DNA of 64,000 nucleotides, taken from Macrostomum lignano. Lineage: Eukaryota. Each line of letters opens with the position of its first letter. Position 1 is the first letter of the stretch. The stretch is from NCBI GenBank assembly GCA_002269645.1, contig NIVC01000366.1:583523-647522 (forward strand), read 5' to 3'. A program made the translations under genes and the position numbers. Of the stretch, positions 52,563 to 64,000 are shown piece by piece. The notes below the pieces were generated by a model. That model saw nothing but the letters and a program-made list of their open reading frames with translations. It made no database searches and was not told the DNA's origin.

Positions 52563-54285
52563 TTCGTTTTAATCCAGATAGACTTCCCGGAAATTCCGGG
52601 ACCGATTTAAAATCCCAGGACTTCGTAACAACTCGGCGCGCGGTCTGCTGCTGCTGCTGCACCGTCGGCGTCGAGGAGTCATGCATTATAAAATCAAACT
52701 TATGATGCCATAGAGCTTGATTTGTCATTAAAAAAATTGACAAATCAAGTGCACTTGCACTTAGGCGTGGGGCAATATAGTTTTACTATTTAAACACCAC
52801 TTAGTCCATGTAGTGTAGGGGCACAGAAACAATGCAAAAATGGCATATAAAGCTACACACAGATTGTCTCCCAATTTTTTTTATGGTACATTTGCTATGC
52901 TATGACCCCTTCTTGACTATGGTTACTGATTGTTTTTAAAAATAAATTCTATAGTAATATAGTGTAGGCCCTATTATAATTCTATACTATATCTAGTCTA
53001 ATAATAGTCAACAACAACAACAACTAGTCCTACTCTAGCTCAACTTGACTACTCAAGTTCAAAATGGTTACTGGTCAGATTAGATTTGTGATGAGACATT
53101 TTGGTGGCAAGTTTAGACACTGGTGACAAGTTCACAGTGATTTGTTGTTACTATTTATGTCTATGTCTATACTATAGCCTAGTAGGCCTAGTCATATAGG
53201 CCTATTATTATTCTTTAGTCATTTAGATGTTGCTATTGTTGCATAATAATTGGGCCCTATAACTAAGTTTACTAAGCTATCAGTTGCATATCTGCCTATT
53301 GTAGGTAGGTATAATCAATTATTATTATAATATAAAGTTATATAGCAATTACTTTCAATGTTTAATTAATCTTCTAGTTCCACCTTTGAGCCAATGAATA
53401 GGCCCCTATAAGTCTTATGCCATGAATGCCCTAAAAACCACATGCCTTTTTCTTCTCTTTTTCTCCTCGATATATAAGGTAGTTATAGGAGCCATTTATA
53501 TGATATTTAGGCCCTGATATTTATTATTTATGCAGCATAAAAGAAAGTAGTTTTCTTTAGGTTCTTTATCTTTTTCTGTAAGAAGCGGACAATTCTTGCC
53601 CTATCAAATTTTATCCATCTGTTTTAATCTATTCAAGCTCTAATGCTCTCTAATGTGTGTATTTAATATTTAGGTGTCTTGTATTTTCAGTCTAATTCAA
53701 ACCAATTTAATCAATTTGATTTGAATATAAAAGTTATTCAAAAAGCTTTAGCAACTAGGCTTAGCTGTTGAAATGCAAAAAGAGAGTTAGATTGAAAAAT
53801 ATTGCTTTTAAAGTCTATATAACTAGAGTCCTAGACAATATGTTTTGTATATATTTGATGCCTTTTTTATTCAAGAATAAAATACAGAATTTTACTCAAT
53901 AACTGAATTGAAACTATCATCCTATGAGCATCTTGGTCAGTTTTGGAGCTACACAGAGCCAAATCTAGGTTGTAGGGTAGGTGACAAACAGTTTTTTAGT
54001 TGGTTCTATATCTAAAATGTAGTTTGTCATTGCTGCAATGTGACTTGAGGCTAATGCTTTTCCTTCTGATATTAAATAATTCAGTTTATTGTGCAACTGC
54101 ATGTAAATCTGAACTATTTAAAAAATACATCAAATTTTTATTTTATTTCTGAATAATTATGCTTGCAATTTTTTTTCATGTTAATCAAAATGTCCTGTAT
54201 ATAAATGTTTTAAAGAGAATTTAAATTGTCAATAAAAATAAAATTTTCCAACTCTCTGATATCTGTGCAGCTCAAGGCAGTTTCA

Positions 54286-57200
54286 ATGCCAGACAATGGA
54301 TATGAGAATGGGAGTCTGGAATCTTCATCTATTGTTATGCTAACACGCCAACGAAGATCAAATAGAATAGCCAGTCAGCCGCAGCAGCATCAACACCTGC
54401 AAGAAGAAGAGTTAACCCAAGCAGCTCAACCAGACGCCACTAAGAATGAACCACAGCACCAAAAGCAGAGACGCCGCAAGCAAGGCCGACCATCTTCTTC
54501 TGCTGCTCAGGCTCCAGCTGCAGAGAGCGACACAATTATTACCAATCATCCAGACAGCCAATTGTCAGCATCGAATTTGTTAATCTGTTTCGACTGCCGT
54601 TTTGCCACCCTGCAATTGTCGGCTTATATGGATCACGTGATGCAGCGGCATGGATTGGCGCCCACAGAGGTGAAGCTGCATCGCTGTTTAGACTGCGGCT
54701 TTCTGTCTAGCGAAGCTGCAGTTCTGACTGAACACGTGACTGTCATGGGTCACGGGGCTGCTGCTACTGCTTCGGACAACCCTGGTTTGTGAAAATTTAT
54801 CTTTAACCCGTTCGTTGATTCACTTCTTTTTCAGCACTTCAGATCATTCACTCAATCATTGAGTCACTTGTTTCTCTTCATTCACTTAATCCTCGAGTCA
54901 CTTGTTTCTCTACATTCACTTAATCTTTGAGTCACTTGTTTCTCTTCATTCACTCAATCCTCGAGTCACTTGTTTCTCTCCATTCACTTAATCTTTGAGT
55001 CACTTGTTTCTCTTCATTCACTCAATCCTCGAGTCACTTGTTTCTCTCCATTCACTTAATCTTTAAGTCACTTGTTTCTCTTCATTCACTTAATCCTCGA
55101 GTCACTTGTTTCTCTTCATTCACTCAATCCTCGAGTCACTTGTTTCTCTCCATTCACTTAATCTTTAAGTCACTTGTTTCTCTTCATTCACTTAATCCTC
55201 GAGTCACTTGTTTCTCTTCATTCACTTAATCCTCGAGTCACTTGTTTCTCTTAATTCACTCAATCCTCGAGTCACTTTTTTCTCTTCATTCACTTAATCC
55301 TCGAGTCACTTTTTTCTCTTCATTCACTTAATCTTTAAGTCACTTGTTTCTCTTCATTCACTTAATCCTCGAGTCACTTGTTTCTCTTAATTCACTCAAT
55401 CCTCGAGTCACTTGTTTCTCTTCATTCACTCAATCCTCGAGTCACTTTTTTCTCTTCATTCACTTAATCCTTGGATCACTCAAATCACTTACCCTACCCC
55501 CCCCCCTTCCACCTCAGAGCCCGCCTGTCCAGACGATAACTTGGCCATTTCAACAGGCACTGCAGTTGGTCATGTAACGCCAAAGAGCCGCGGCCCGCAC
55601 TCTTGCACCAGCTGCGGCAAGCATTTCCGTCTCAGATACAGCCTGATGCGACATCGTCTCGCTGTGCACCAATCAGAATCAGCAGCTGCAACACCTGCGG
55701 CTGACACGGAAGCAACCAGCTCCGCTTCGAAGTTGGCCTGTCGAATCTGCTGTAAACTATTTAAATCCCAGCGCTCATATCAGGTGCACAGGTTAGCATT
55801 CCACGCCTCCAACACTGACGACGCGACTGCAGCTGGTAAAGCTGCTATCGCTGATCAGTCGCTGATTAATCTGGATTGCCCAACGAATCCCGGAGATGAC
55901 TGCGTGATTGTGTCCGATCCGGAACCATTCAAGTGCCGTTATTGCGACCTGAAGTGAGTTAATATCCTACATGTATATACAAAGTCTTAATGCACATCAA
56001 GCTCAGTCTGCAGAGTCCACAAACAATCATTCACAGTCGTCCATGAACCAACCAAAAACATCCATAAACTATTCCCAATCATCCTTAAGCCATCAAGGAA
56101 TCGTCCATAAACTATCCTGAATCATCCATAAAATATCCCCAATTGTCCATTAGACATTCCCAATCGTCCACGAGCCATCCCCAATCGTCCATGAGCCATC
56201 CCCAATTGTCCACGAGCCATCCCCAATCGTCCATGAGCCATCCCCAATTGTCCATGAGCCATCCCCAATCGTCCATGAGCCATCCCCAATCGTCCATGAG
56301 CCATCCCCAATCGTCCATGAACCATCCAAAATCGTTCATAAACCATTCTCAATAATCCTTGAGCAATCAAGGAATCGTCCATGAACCATCCCTAATCGTC
56401 CATGAGCCATTCTCAAAGAATCGTCCATGAACCATCCAAAATCGTTCATAAACCATTCTCAATCATCCTTGAGCAATCGAGGAATCGTCCATGAACTATC
56501 CCTATTTTTCCATGAGCCATTCTGAAAGAATCGTCCATAAACTATCCCGAATCGTCCATGAACCATCCCCAATCGTCCATGAGCCATTCTCAAAGAATCG
56601 TCCGTGAACCATTCTCAAAGAATCGTCCATGAACTATTCCCAATAGTCCATGAACCATCCCCAATCGTCCATGAGCCATTCTCAAAGAATCGTCCGTGAA
56701 CCATTCTCAAAGAATCGTCCATGAACTATTCCCAATAGTCCATGAACCATCCCCAATCGTCCATGAGCCATTCTCAAAGAATCGTCCGAGAACCATTCTC
56801 AAAGAATCGTCCATGAGCCAAGCTTCATCACCCCTCTCTCCCGCCGCAGATTCGCTAAGAAGACGGCATTCGCCAGGCACGTGGCCGTCGACCATCCCGC
56901 CGAGCGGCCCTACCAGTGCGGCCAGTGCGGCCGCGGCTTCAAGTTTCCGCATTCGCTGGCTATGCACGCTCGCTTTCACAAGGGCGAGCTCACCTGTGAG
57001 CAGTGCGGCAGGTTGTTTCACAGCGATCGCGAGTTTCACGAGCACATGGCGTCTGTGAGTACAAGATTTGTAACATTAATTCAAGATATTGTACTTGTGG
57101 AGGAATTTTTATTACTTGCCGGGAACATGTATAAATAAACAACAATCCCTGCATTAAAAAAATATATTGATCCAAAATTGGGATGCCTAACAATGACCCA

Positions 57201-58125
57201 TCCCTAGATATAAGGATTAATCCCAGATTGGGATGCCTAACAATGACCCATCCCTAGATATAAGGATTAATCCCATATTGGGATACCTTAAATCTAACGA
57301 AATCCCAGACTGACTGGTCACTAATGTAGATATCCCTGTTCCTGATCTTGTGGATATTCAGCCCAGCTATTCACTTTCGAAAAGAAAAAATCCCAAAGAT
57401 CCTTTCCCACCACAACCAAGGTGCACGAAGGCAGCCTGACATTCCTATGCGAGTCCTGCGGGCGCACGTTCCCAACCCAGTACCGGTTGAACCGGCACGC
57501 CAGGTCGCACAACCGGGATCGCCAGCTGGACTGTCCGCAGTGCGGCCGCCTGTTCCACCGGGCCGACAAGCTAAAACTGCATCTGGAGTGCGTGCACTCC
57601 GACCGGCGGCCTCACCTGTGCCACCTGTGCGGCCGGGCTTATAACAGGCGCGACAAACTGGCTCTGCATATTAAACAGCATCAAAGAAAGGAAGAACAGC
57701 AACAGCAGAAGCAGCAACAACAGCAAGAGCAGCAGCAAAAGCAATCGAAGCCATGTAAAGTCGGTCGGCGACCGCGTAAAAAAGCGACCGTTGCGACAGA
57801 AGGCCCTCGTACGGAAGAGCCTACGCCTACGCCTACGCCGCCCACACAGCCGCATGTTCCGCCGCCGCCGTCGTCTCTTCCGACAACGCATTGCCCGAAT
57901 TCTCCTCTAGGAGACGCTCTGATTAGCATAGCCAACGGCTGTCTGCACGATGACGTCATATCGGACGGATTTCTTCTGCAGCAGCAGCAGCAACAGCAAC
58001 AACAACATCAGCAGCAGATCATTTTCTTAGAATCATTCGACCAGCCGGAGCAGCAACACTTGGCACTCTATTCTCCCCTATCTGGCGCTTTCTTTGCCGC
58101 TAACGATGGCAATCTAATGCAGTGA
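54286..58125 (+). CDS. C2H2 zinc-finger protein (10 fingers, polyQ tail)
   Basis: Exons 54286-54784, 55518-55953, 56850-57054 and 57421-58125. Phases 1, 2, 0 are consistent, and fingers 5 (CRYCDLK|FAKKTAFARHVAVDH) and 7 (HEHMAS|VH) are completed across junctions. Linkers AERPYQC and DRRPHLC. Confidence 0.9.
54845..55490. repeat. 34-bp minisatellite in ZF intron 1
   Basis: gagtcacttgtttctcttcattcacttaatcctc; period 34 (54861, 54895). Confidence 0.95.
56030..56820. repeat. 21-bp-based minisatellite in ZF intron 2
   Basis: tcgtccatgagccatccccaa and longer ...attctcaaagaatcgtcc variants. Confidence 0.9.
57176..57290. repeat. 50-bp tandem duplication in ZF intron 3
   Basis: ggatgcctaacaatgacccatccctagatataaggattaatcccagattg at 57181 and 57231. 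Confidence 0.9.
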
Positions 58126-59462
58126 TGCTCTTTACTAGCTAGTTTCAAATTCCGCTAATTGATTGTTAAAGAACTATTCGATTTGGAACATCATTTATTA
58201 GCTTTTGTTCTGTGATAATATTGTTTTCAATCTCAACTATCTAGCACGCATATTTATATAGTTAGCTATATTGTTAATTTGCTTAGCCTCTAACGGCTCT
58301 AATGTACGTGCGTACAATTTGAAATCCAATGACATGTAGAGATTTATTAAAAGCGTTTAAACATAATTTAAATACTTGAGCAAGTATTTGTGAATCTAGC
58401 TCGTACTAATATATAATTTATAGTATAATTTAATTTATAGTACAATAATTTTGAATCAACGCGTGTTTGTATGCTAAATAGTTCTCTGTGTTTGTTTCAA
58501 TAAATAAACAAAATTTCAAGGATCTTCAAAGGATTTGCAGTGTTCTGTTGCTCCATGGTTTAACGAATTTAATTTTACGGATTTATGTCAGTTATGCATG
58601 AAAATTGTTTTTATCTCTTTATTCTGAATTTTTCAGAAAGCTCCACATTTGACTCGGAATTCAAAGCCCTAAAGATATTGTGCATTTAGATTGACATGTC
58701 AAATTAAAGTACAGACAGCTGTACGCTTGTATGTAGCTAGTAGTTCGAGTTGCATGCTGTCGGTTAAGAAATGAATTTGAGAATGTAGTTCGTCTTTGCG
58801 TGAAAATACATGCAGCAAATCTTCTAAAGTCTGTCATACATACTGTAAATAAAAGTTCAACAACACACTAAATCTATTTAAATTTTTAGTCTGCAATAAC
58901 TTATTACTTCTTATTTATAAAGCCATCACATGTGTGGTAGACCTTTGGTATCGCAAGCAGCTATCAGTAAATTACAAGTATGTTTTGTTTCAAAACTTGT
59001 TCTGTTCGTCGCTTCTAAGAACAAGATAATGTTGCATTTATGATGGATCATTTTGAAGTCGCAAGTCAAACTGTTACCAAACAAATCACGGCCGGGTGCT
59101 ATCGATGTATTTTCATGTAGAACTTCAAAATAGGGTATTCTGAGATACTGCACTTAGTTTGCATGTATAATTGACAAAATAGTAAAAAATGAGAAGAGCA
59201 CAATTACTTATAAATTCACGGATTGTTTTACATTACCATTCACTAAAATACAGTGGTCCTTGTTTCATTTACTATTACTCATATGAAGTCAACTGCAGTG
59301 TGTATAGATAAGTGCGTAATTATGTACAATAGATAAACAAATCATAAGTTTAAATTACTTCTTAAAAGTGAACTGAAGCGTTAAAATTTTCATATCAAAA
59401 ATATTTCTTAAAACTTCTTAGTTTTTGTTTTTAATTATTTTCTTTTTTCAACTTTAGCAAGA

Positions 59463-59481
59463 CCAATCATAGGATGCCAAG
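59463..59481 (+). promoter_or_regulatory. ERSE-like element upstream of calreticulin
   Basis: CCAAT-cataggatg(N9)-CCAAG, one mismatch to CCAAT-N9-CCACG, ~180 bp upstream of the ATG. Confidence 0.35.
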
Positions 59482-59660
59482 CTGTAACACGCTTCCCTTC
59501 TGAATTTAAAAGTAGGTTTTTCAGCGACATAGTAGCTCGTACCATAGTTATCAGGTTTTCGGGTTCGACAACTGTATTTACTAAACAGTTATTTTCACAG
59601 TTTTTATGCAAGTATCCTAACTTCTACAGCAGTAATATTTTATAATACGCTAGTAATATA

Positions 59661-61609
59661 ATGATCAAGTGGTTTTTTGTACTTGCGGCCCTCCTGCCAT
59701 TTGCATTTTGCGAAGTTTACTTCAAAGAAGAGTTTCTGGATGGTGAGTTTCGTTTCGTGTCTATATATATTACAATCTGTCAAAATTTTAGGATGATGAA
59801 TACCAATGACTAATTTTAGGATACTGAATACCAACGGGAGTTAAAGAGACAAATTTAATGAATAGGCTTTTTAAGACTGAAGAAAATGAAAAAAAATGAT
59901 TCATCATTGAAACAGCACAGCTAATAGCTAGAAGATACTTCAAAAGTTTTTATTGTCAGACTTTTAACATTAATTTTAATGGAGAAAACTCTTTGCTAAA
60001 ACACACTTTTTCTTAGACAACTCATTTATCTCTGCATAAAAAATATAATGTGCAATATACAGCTGCAGCAAAAAATTCATTAATGTTAGCATAGTAGTTT
60101 CATTACATATTTTATGTCTTGTCTTGAATGCAATTTAGGTTTGTTCTTTTATTTCATAAAATTTATCACTGCCTTTTAGTAAAGTAAAGTGAATTGTTTT
60201 TTTTCCTTTTAATTTTATTTTCAAGTTTCAATTAAAAAATAACTAGTTTTTAAACATTCGTTTGATAAATTTGCCTTGGATAAATACATTGACCAGGTTA
60301 AAACTTTAGCTATTTGACTTAACTCAGTGGACTCCAATTAACCCGCAGAGTCATGGCGTGATCGCTGGGTTGAGTCCACCTACAAAGGCGCCGACCAGGG
60401 CAAGTGGGACTGGAGCGCTGGAAAGTTCTACAACGACGCCCAGAAGGACAGGGGCATCAAAACTACCCAGGACGCCAAGTTCTACGACATCAGCGCCAAA
60501 TTTGACAAGCCCTTCTCAAACCAGGGCAAACCGCTGGTTATTCAATTTCAGGTTAGCCTTGTCCCCATCTGCTAAAACGAGCTTAAATAGAAAGCATCAA
60601 ACTCGCTACTTGCTACTCGTTAGTAGGCGATAGCTTTTACTGTGATTAATATATTTTGAACATTAAATTACCTCAGGTGAAACACGAGCAAAACATCGAC
60701 TGCGGCGGCGGCTACGTGAAGCTTCTTGGCAGCGACATCGATCAGAAGAACTTCCACGGCGACTCGCCCTACAAAATCATGTTCGGCCCGGATATTTGCG
60801 GTCCTGGCACTAAGAAGGTGCACGTCATCTTCAACTACAAGGGCAAGAATTTGCTCACCAAGAAGGAGATTCGCTGCAAAGATGACGAGCTGAGCCACCT
60901 GTACACCCTGATTGTGAAGCCTGACAACACCTACGAGGTGCTGATTGACAACGAGCGAGCTGAAGGCGGCGAACTCGAGGCCGACTGGGACTTCCTGCCA
61001 CCCAAGAAGATCAAAGATCCGGCCGCCAAGAAGCCGGACGACTGGGACGAGCGCGAGAAAATCGACGACCCGAACGACAAGAAGCCGGAGGACTGGGACA
61101 AGCCCAAGACCATCCCAGATCCCAAGGCCAAGAAGCCGGACGACTGGGACGACGAGATGGACGGAGAATGGGAGCCGCCGATGATTGACAACCCGGACTA
61201 CAAGGGCGAATGGAAGCCCAAGCAGATTGACAACCCGGCCTACAAGGGCAAGTGGATCCACCCGGAGATTGACAACCCGGACTACTCGCCGGACCCCGAG
61301 CTGTACAAGTACACCGACATCGGCGCCATCGGCTTCGACCTGTGGCAGGTGAAGTCCGGCTCCATCTTCGACAACGTCTTCGTTGGCGACGACCCGGCCG
61401 AGGCCAGGACCTTCGCCGATGAGACCTTCAAGAAGACCGTCGAAGGCGAGAAGAAGATGAAGGAGAAGCAGGACGAGGAGGACAGGAAGAAGGCCGAAGA
61501 AGAGGAGAAGAAGCGCAAAGAGGAGGAGGAAGCCAAGAAGAAGTCGGAAGGCGGCGAGGCCAAGAAGGAGGACGACAGCAAAGCTGGCGATACAAAAGAC
61601 GAGCTCTAG
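59661..61609 (+). CDS. CALR: Calreticulin (~405 aa)
   Basis: Exons 59661-59742 (signal peptide, EVYFKEEFLD), 60349-60551 and 60677-61609. Motifs KHEQNIDCGGGYVKL, IMFGPDICG, P-domain KPDDWD/EWKPKQIDNP repeats, acidic tail and C-terminal KDEL; AATAAA at ~61773. Confidence 0.98.
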
Positions 61610-62719
61610 AAGCATAAGAACATTGCCGTTAGCGACAACCGAGCCATCGACAGTCATTGTGTAAGCTGTTATGTACTGCCAGTGCCAAGTGCTTTGTAAA
61701 ATCGGTTAAGTTCAAAATTGATCTATGTCAGTAATCATCATTCGAAATTATAATTTTACTGTTAATACTAGTAATAAAATATTTAATAATAATAGCCAAG
61801 TTTTGAATTGCCTGCAGCTGTGAGAAGGCCCTAGTCGAAATATTATTACGAGCGTACTTGTTTTGCCTAGCAACTGATATAATTGGCAATTAAGTTATCG
61901 TCGTGTTTAAGGTTCGGCTTTGCGGTCTTCAATCATCGGTAATTTCGTTGTTAGCTAAATAAAACTTTTGTTTATTTACGTATTGGTTTTATAGGTTTAA
62001 TTTTTCTCCGGCTTTGCATCTCGTGTCGTATTCTCTGCGCACTATAATTAAATTATAGTACTTTATAAAATACGTGTTTAGTCACAAGCTGTTAACTTGA
62101 AGTTTCTGAGCTGATTTATCAAACGCAAAGATAAATTGTGCACACAGGTATTATTATTTTGCTTATCGCTTTTGCACATGAAACAACGTTTATTATAATA
62201 CTGTTGTCAGTTTCTTGTGACTAACAACGGATTAAAATTATTGAGAATGAATACAGAAATAATAAATATTAATTCTCTCTGTATCACTATGATGCACAAG
62301 AATACGTGACTACGTGATCACGTTTGACGTCTATTCTGTCAAAAAGAATACTTTAAAAGCTAAAGATCAATTTTTTTGTATTTTGTCTGTAACTTATTTA
62401 CACGCATGTACTACTTGTGCATTTAAGTAGTACGAGGTAAAATTAAAATCTTATCAAACAAAGGGGGATTATATAATATTGTTATAAATTTTCGTCACCA
62501 CCAAGGAGTGCTTGAGTGCAGCAGTCGGAACGCCCATTATTGCTCTAGATTGGTTCCATCATTTGTATGTCCAAATATATATATTGGTGCGTTGAGTGCC
62601 TCGTTTGAGTTCAGTGTCTCGACTAATTCTCGGATTCTATAGTTCGTTTAGAGAGTGCATGGTCTAGTTTTGTTTCAGATCGAGCGTCTAGATAGTTTGT
62701 TTTCAGAGTGTCTATTTTG

Positions 62720-64000
62720 GTTCCAGGGAGCTTGGATTGGTTCCAACGAATATAGATTGGTTCCAAAGAGTAGTCTAGATTGGTTGCAGAGTATCTAGAT
62801 TGGTTGCAGAGTATCTAGATTGGTTTGATGGAGTCTAGATTAGTTCCAAAGTCTCTATTTTGGTTTCAGGGAATCTCGAGATTGGTTCTAGAGTGTCTAG
62901 ATTGGTTCCGAGGAGTCTATGTTGGTTCCAGGGAGTTTAGATTGGTTCCGAGGAGTCTATGTTGGTTCCAGGGAGTTTAGATTGGTTCCAAGGAGTCTAT
63001 GTTGGTTCCAGGAAGTTTAGATTGGTTCCAAGGAGTCTATGTTGGTTCCAGGAAGTTTAGATTGGTTCCAGAGTGTCTAGATTGGTTCCGAGGAGTCTAT
63101 GTTGGTTCCAGGAAGTTTAGATTGGTTCCTAGGAGTCTATGTTGGTTCCAGGAAGTTTAGATTGGTTCCAGAGTGTCTAGATTGGTTCCAGAGTGTCTAG
63201 ATTGGTTCCAAGGAGTCTATGTTGGTTCCAGGAAGTTCAGATTGGTTCCAAGTAGTTATGTTGGTTCCAGGAAGTTTAGATTGGTTCCAGAGTGTCTAGA
63301 TTGGTTCCAAGGAGTCTATGTTGGTTCCAGGAAGTTTAGATTGGTTCCAAGGAGTCTATGTTGGTTCCAGGAAGTTTAGATTGGTTCCAAGGAGTCTATG
63401 TTGGTTCCAGGAAGTTTAGATTGGTTCCAAGGAGTCTATGTTGGTTCCAGGAAGTTTAGATTGGTTCCAAGGAGTCTATGTTGGTTCCAGGAAGTTTAGA
63501 TTGGTTCCAAGGAGTCTATGTTGGTTCCAGGAAGTTTAGATTGGTTCCAGAGTGTTTAGATTGGTTCCTAGGAGTCTATGTTGGTTCCAGGAAGTTTAGA
63601 TTGGTTCCAGAGTGTTTAGATTGGTTCCAAGGAGTCTATGTTGGTTCCAGAAGTTTAGATTGGTTCCAAGGAGTCTATGTTGGTTCCAGGAAGTTTAGAT
63701 TGGTTCCAGAGTGTTTAGATTGGTTCCAAGGAGTCTATGTTGGTTCCAGGAAGTTTAGATTGGTTCCAGAGTGTTTAGATTGGTTCCAAGGAGTCTATGT
63801 TGGTTCCAGGAAGTTTAGGCTGGTTCCATGGAGTCTGGATTGGTTCCAAAGCATCTAGATTGGTTCCTAGAGAGTCTAAATTGGTTCCGGAGAGTTTAGA
63901 TTGGTTCCCAGACAGTCTAGATTGGTTCCAAAGAATCTACGAGTACGAGCTATAGATTGGTTCCCAGCGAGTCTAGATTGGTTCCAGGGTTGTCTAAATT
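62720..64000. repeat. 20-bp satellite organised as a 40-bp dimer; runs to the window end
   Basis: agattggttccaaggagtct + atgttggttccaggaagttt; flanks show diverged monomers. Confidence 0.95.

Noticed and set aside
60668-61657. 329-aa antisense ORF over calreticulin exon 3
   Set aside because: Shadow of strong C/G third-position codon bias on the sense strand; no independent signals.

Overview
Eukaryotic (metazoan) genomic DNA. The combination of GC-rich polyQ/polyA coding exons, AT-rich intergenic DNA and minisatellite-filled introns resembles a free-living flatworm such as Macrostomum; this is an inference only. There are four well-supported spliced genes on the + strand: a TFIIIC beta/GTF3C2-like WD40 gene (5917-13798, one apparent frameshift), a filamin-repeat-only gene (15954-24485), a 10-finger C2H2 gene (54286-58125) and calreticulin (59661-61609). 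Also present are a single-exon Cys/Pro-rich ORF (46183-46560), an orphan low-complexity gene on the - strand (26249-28378), a heavily frameshifted multi-exon locus on the - strand (~28730-44330) that weakly recalls meiotic SHOC1/Zip2, and a pseudogene fragment (~47560-48000). Mobile DNA includes nested LINE/SINE pieces at 1-2080, a foldback-type element, several MITEs, an RTE 3' end and a Tc1/IS630 relic. The dominant structural theme is that most long introns are occupied by their own private tandem array, often running right up to the splice sites. Exon boundaries were inferred by eye from GT/AG signals, phase and protein continuity. Family calls come from recalled motifs, not database searches.
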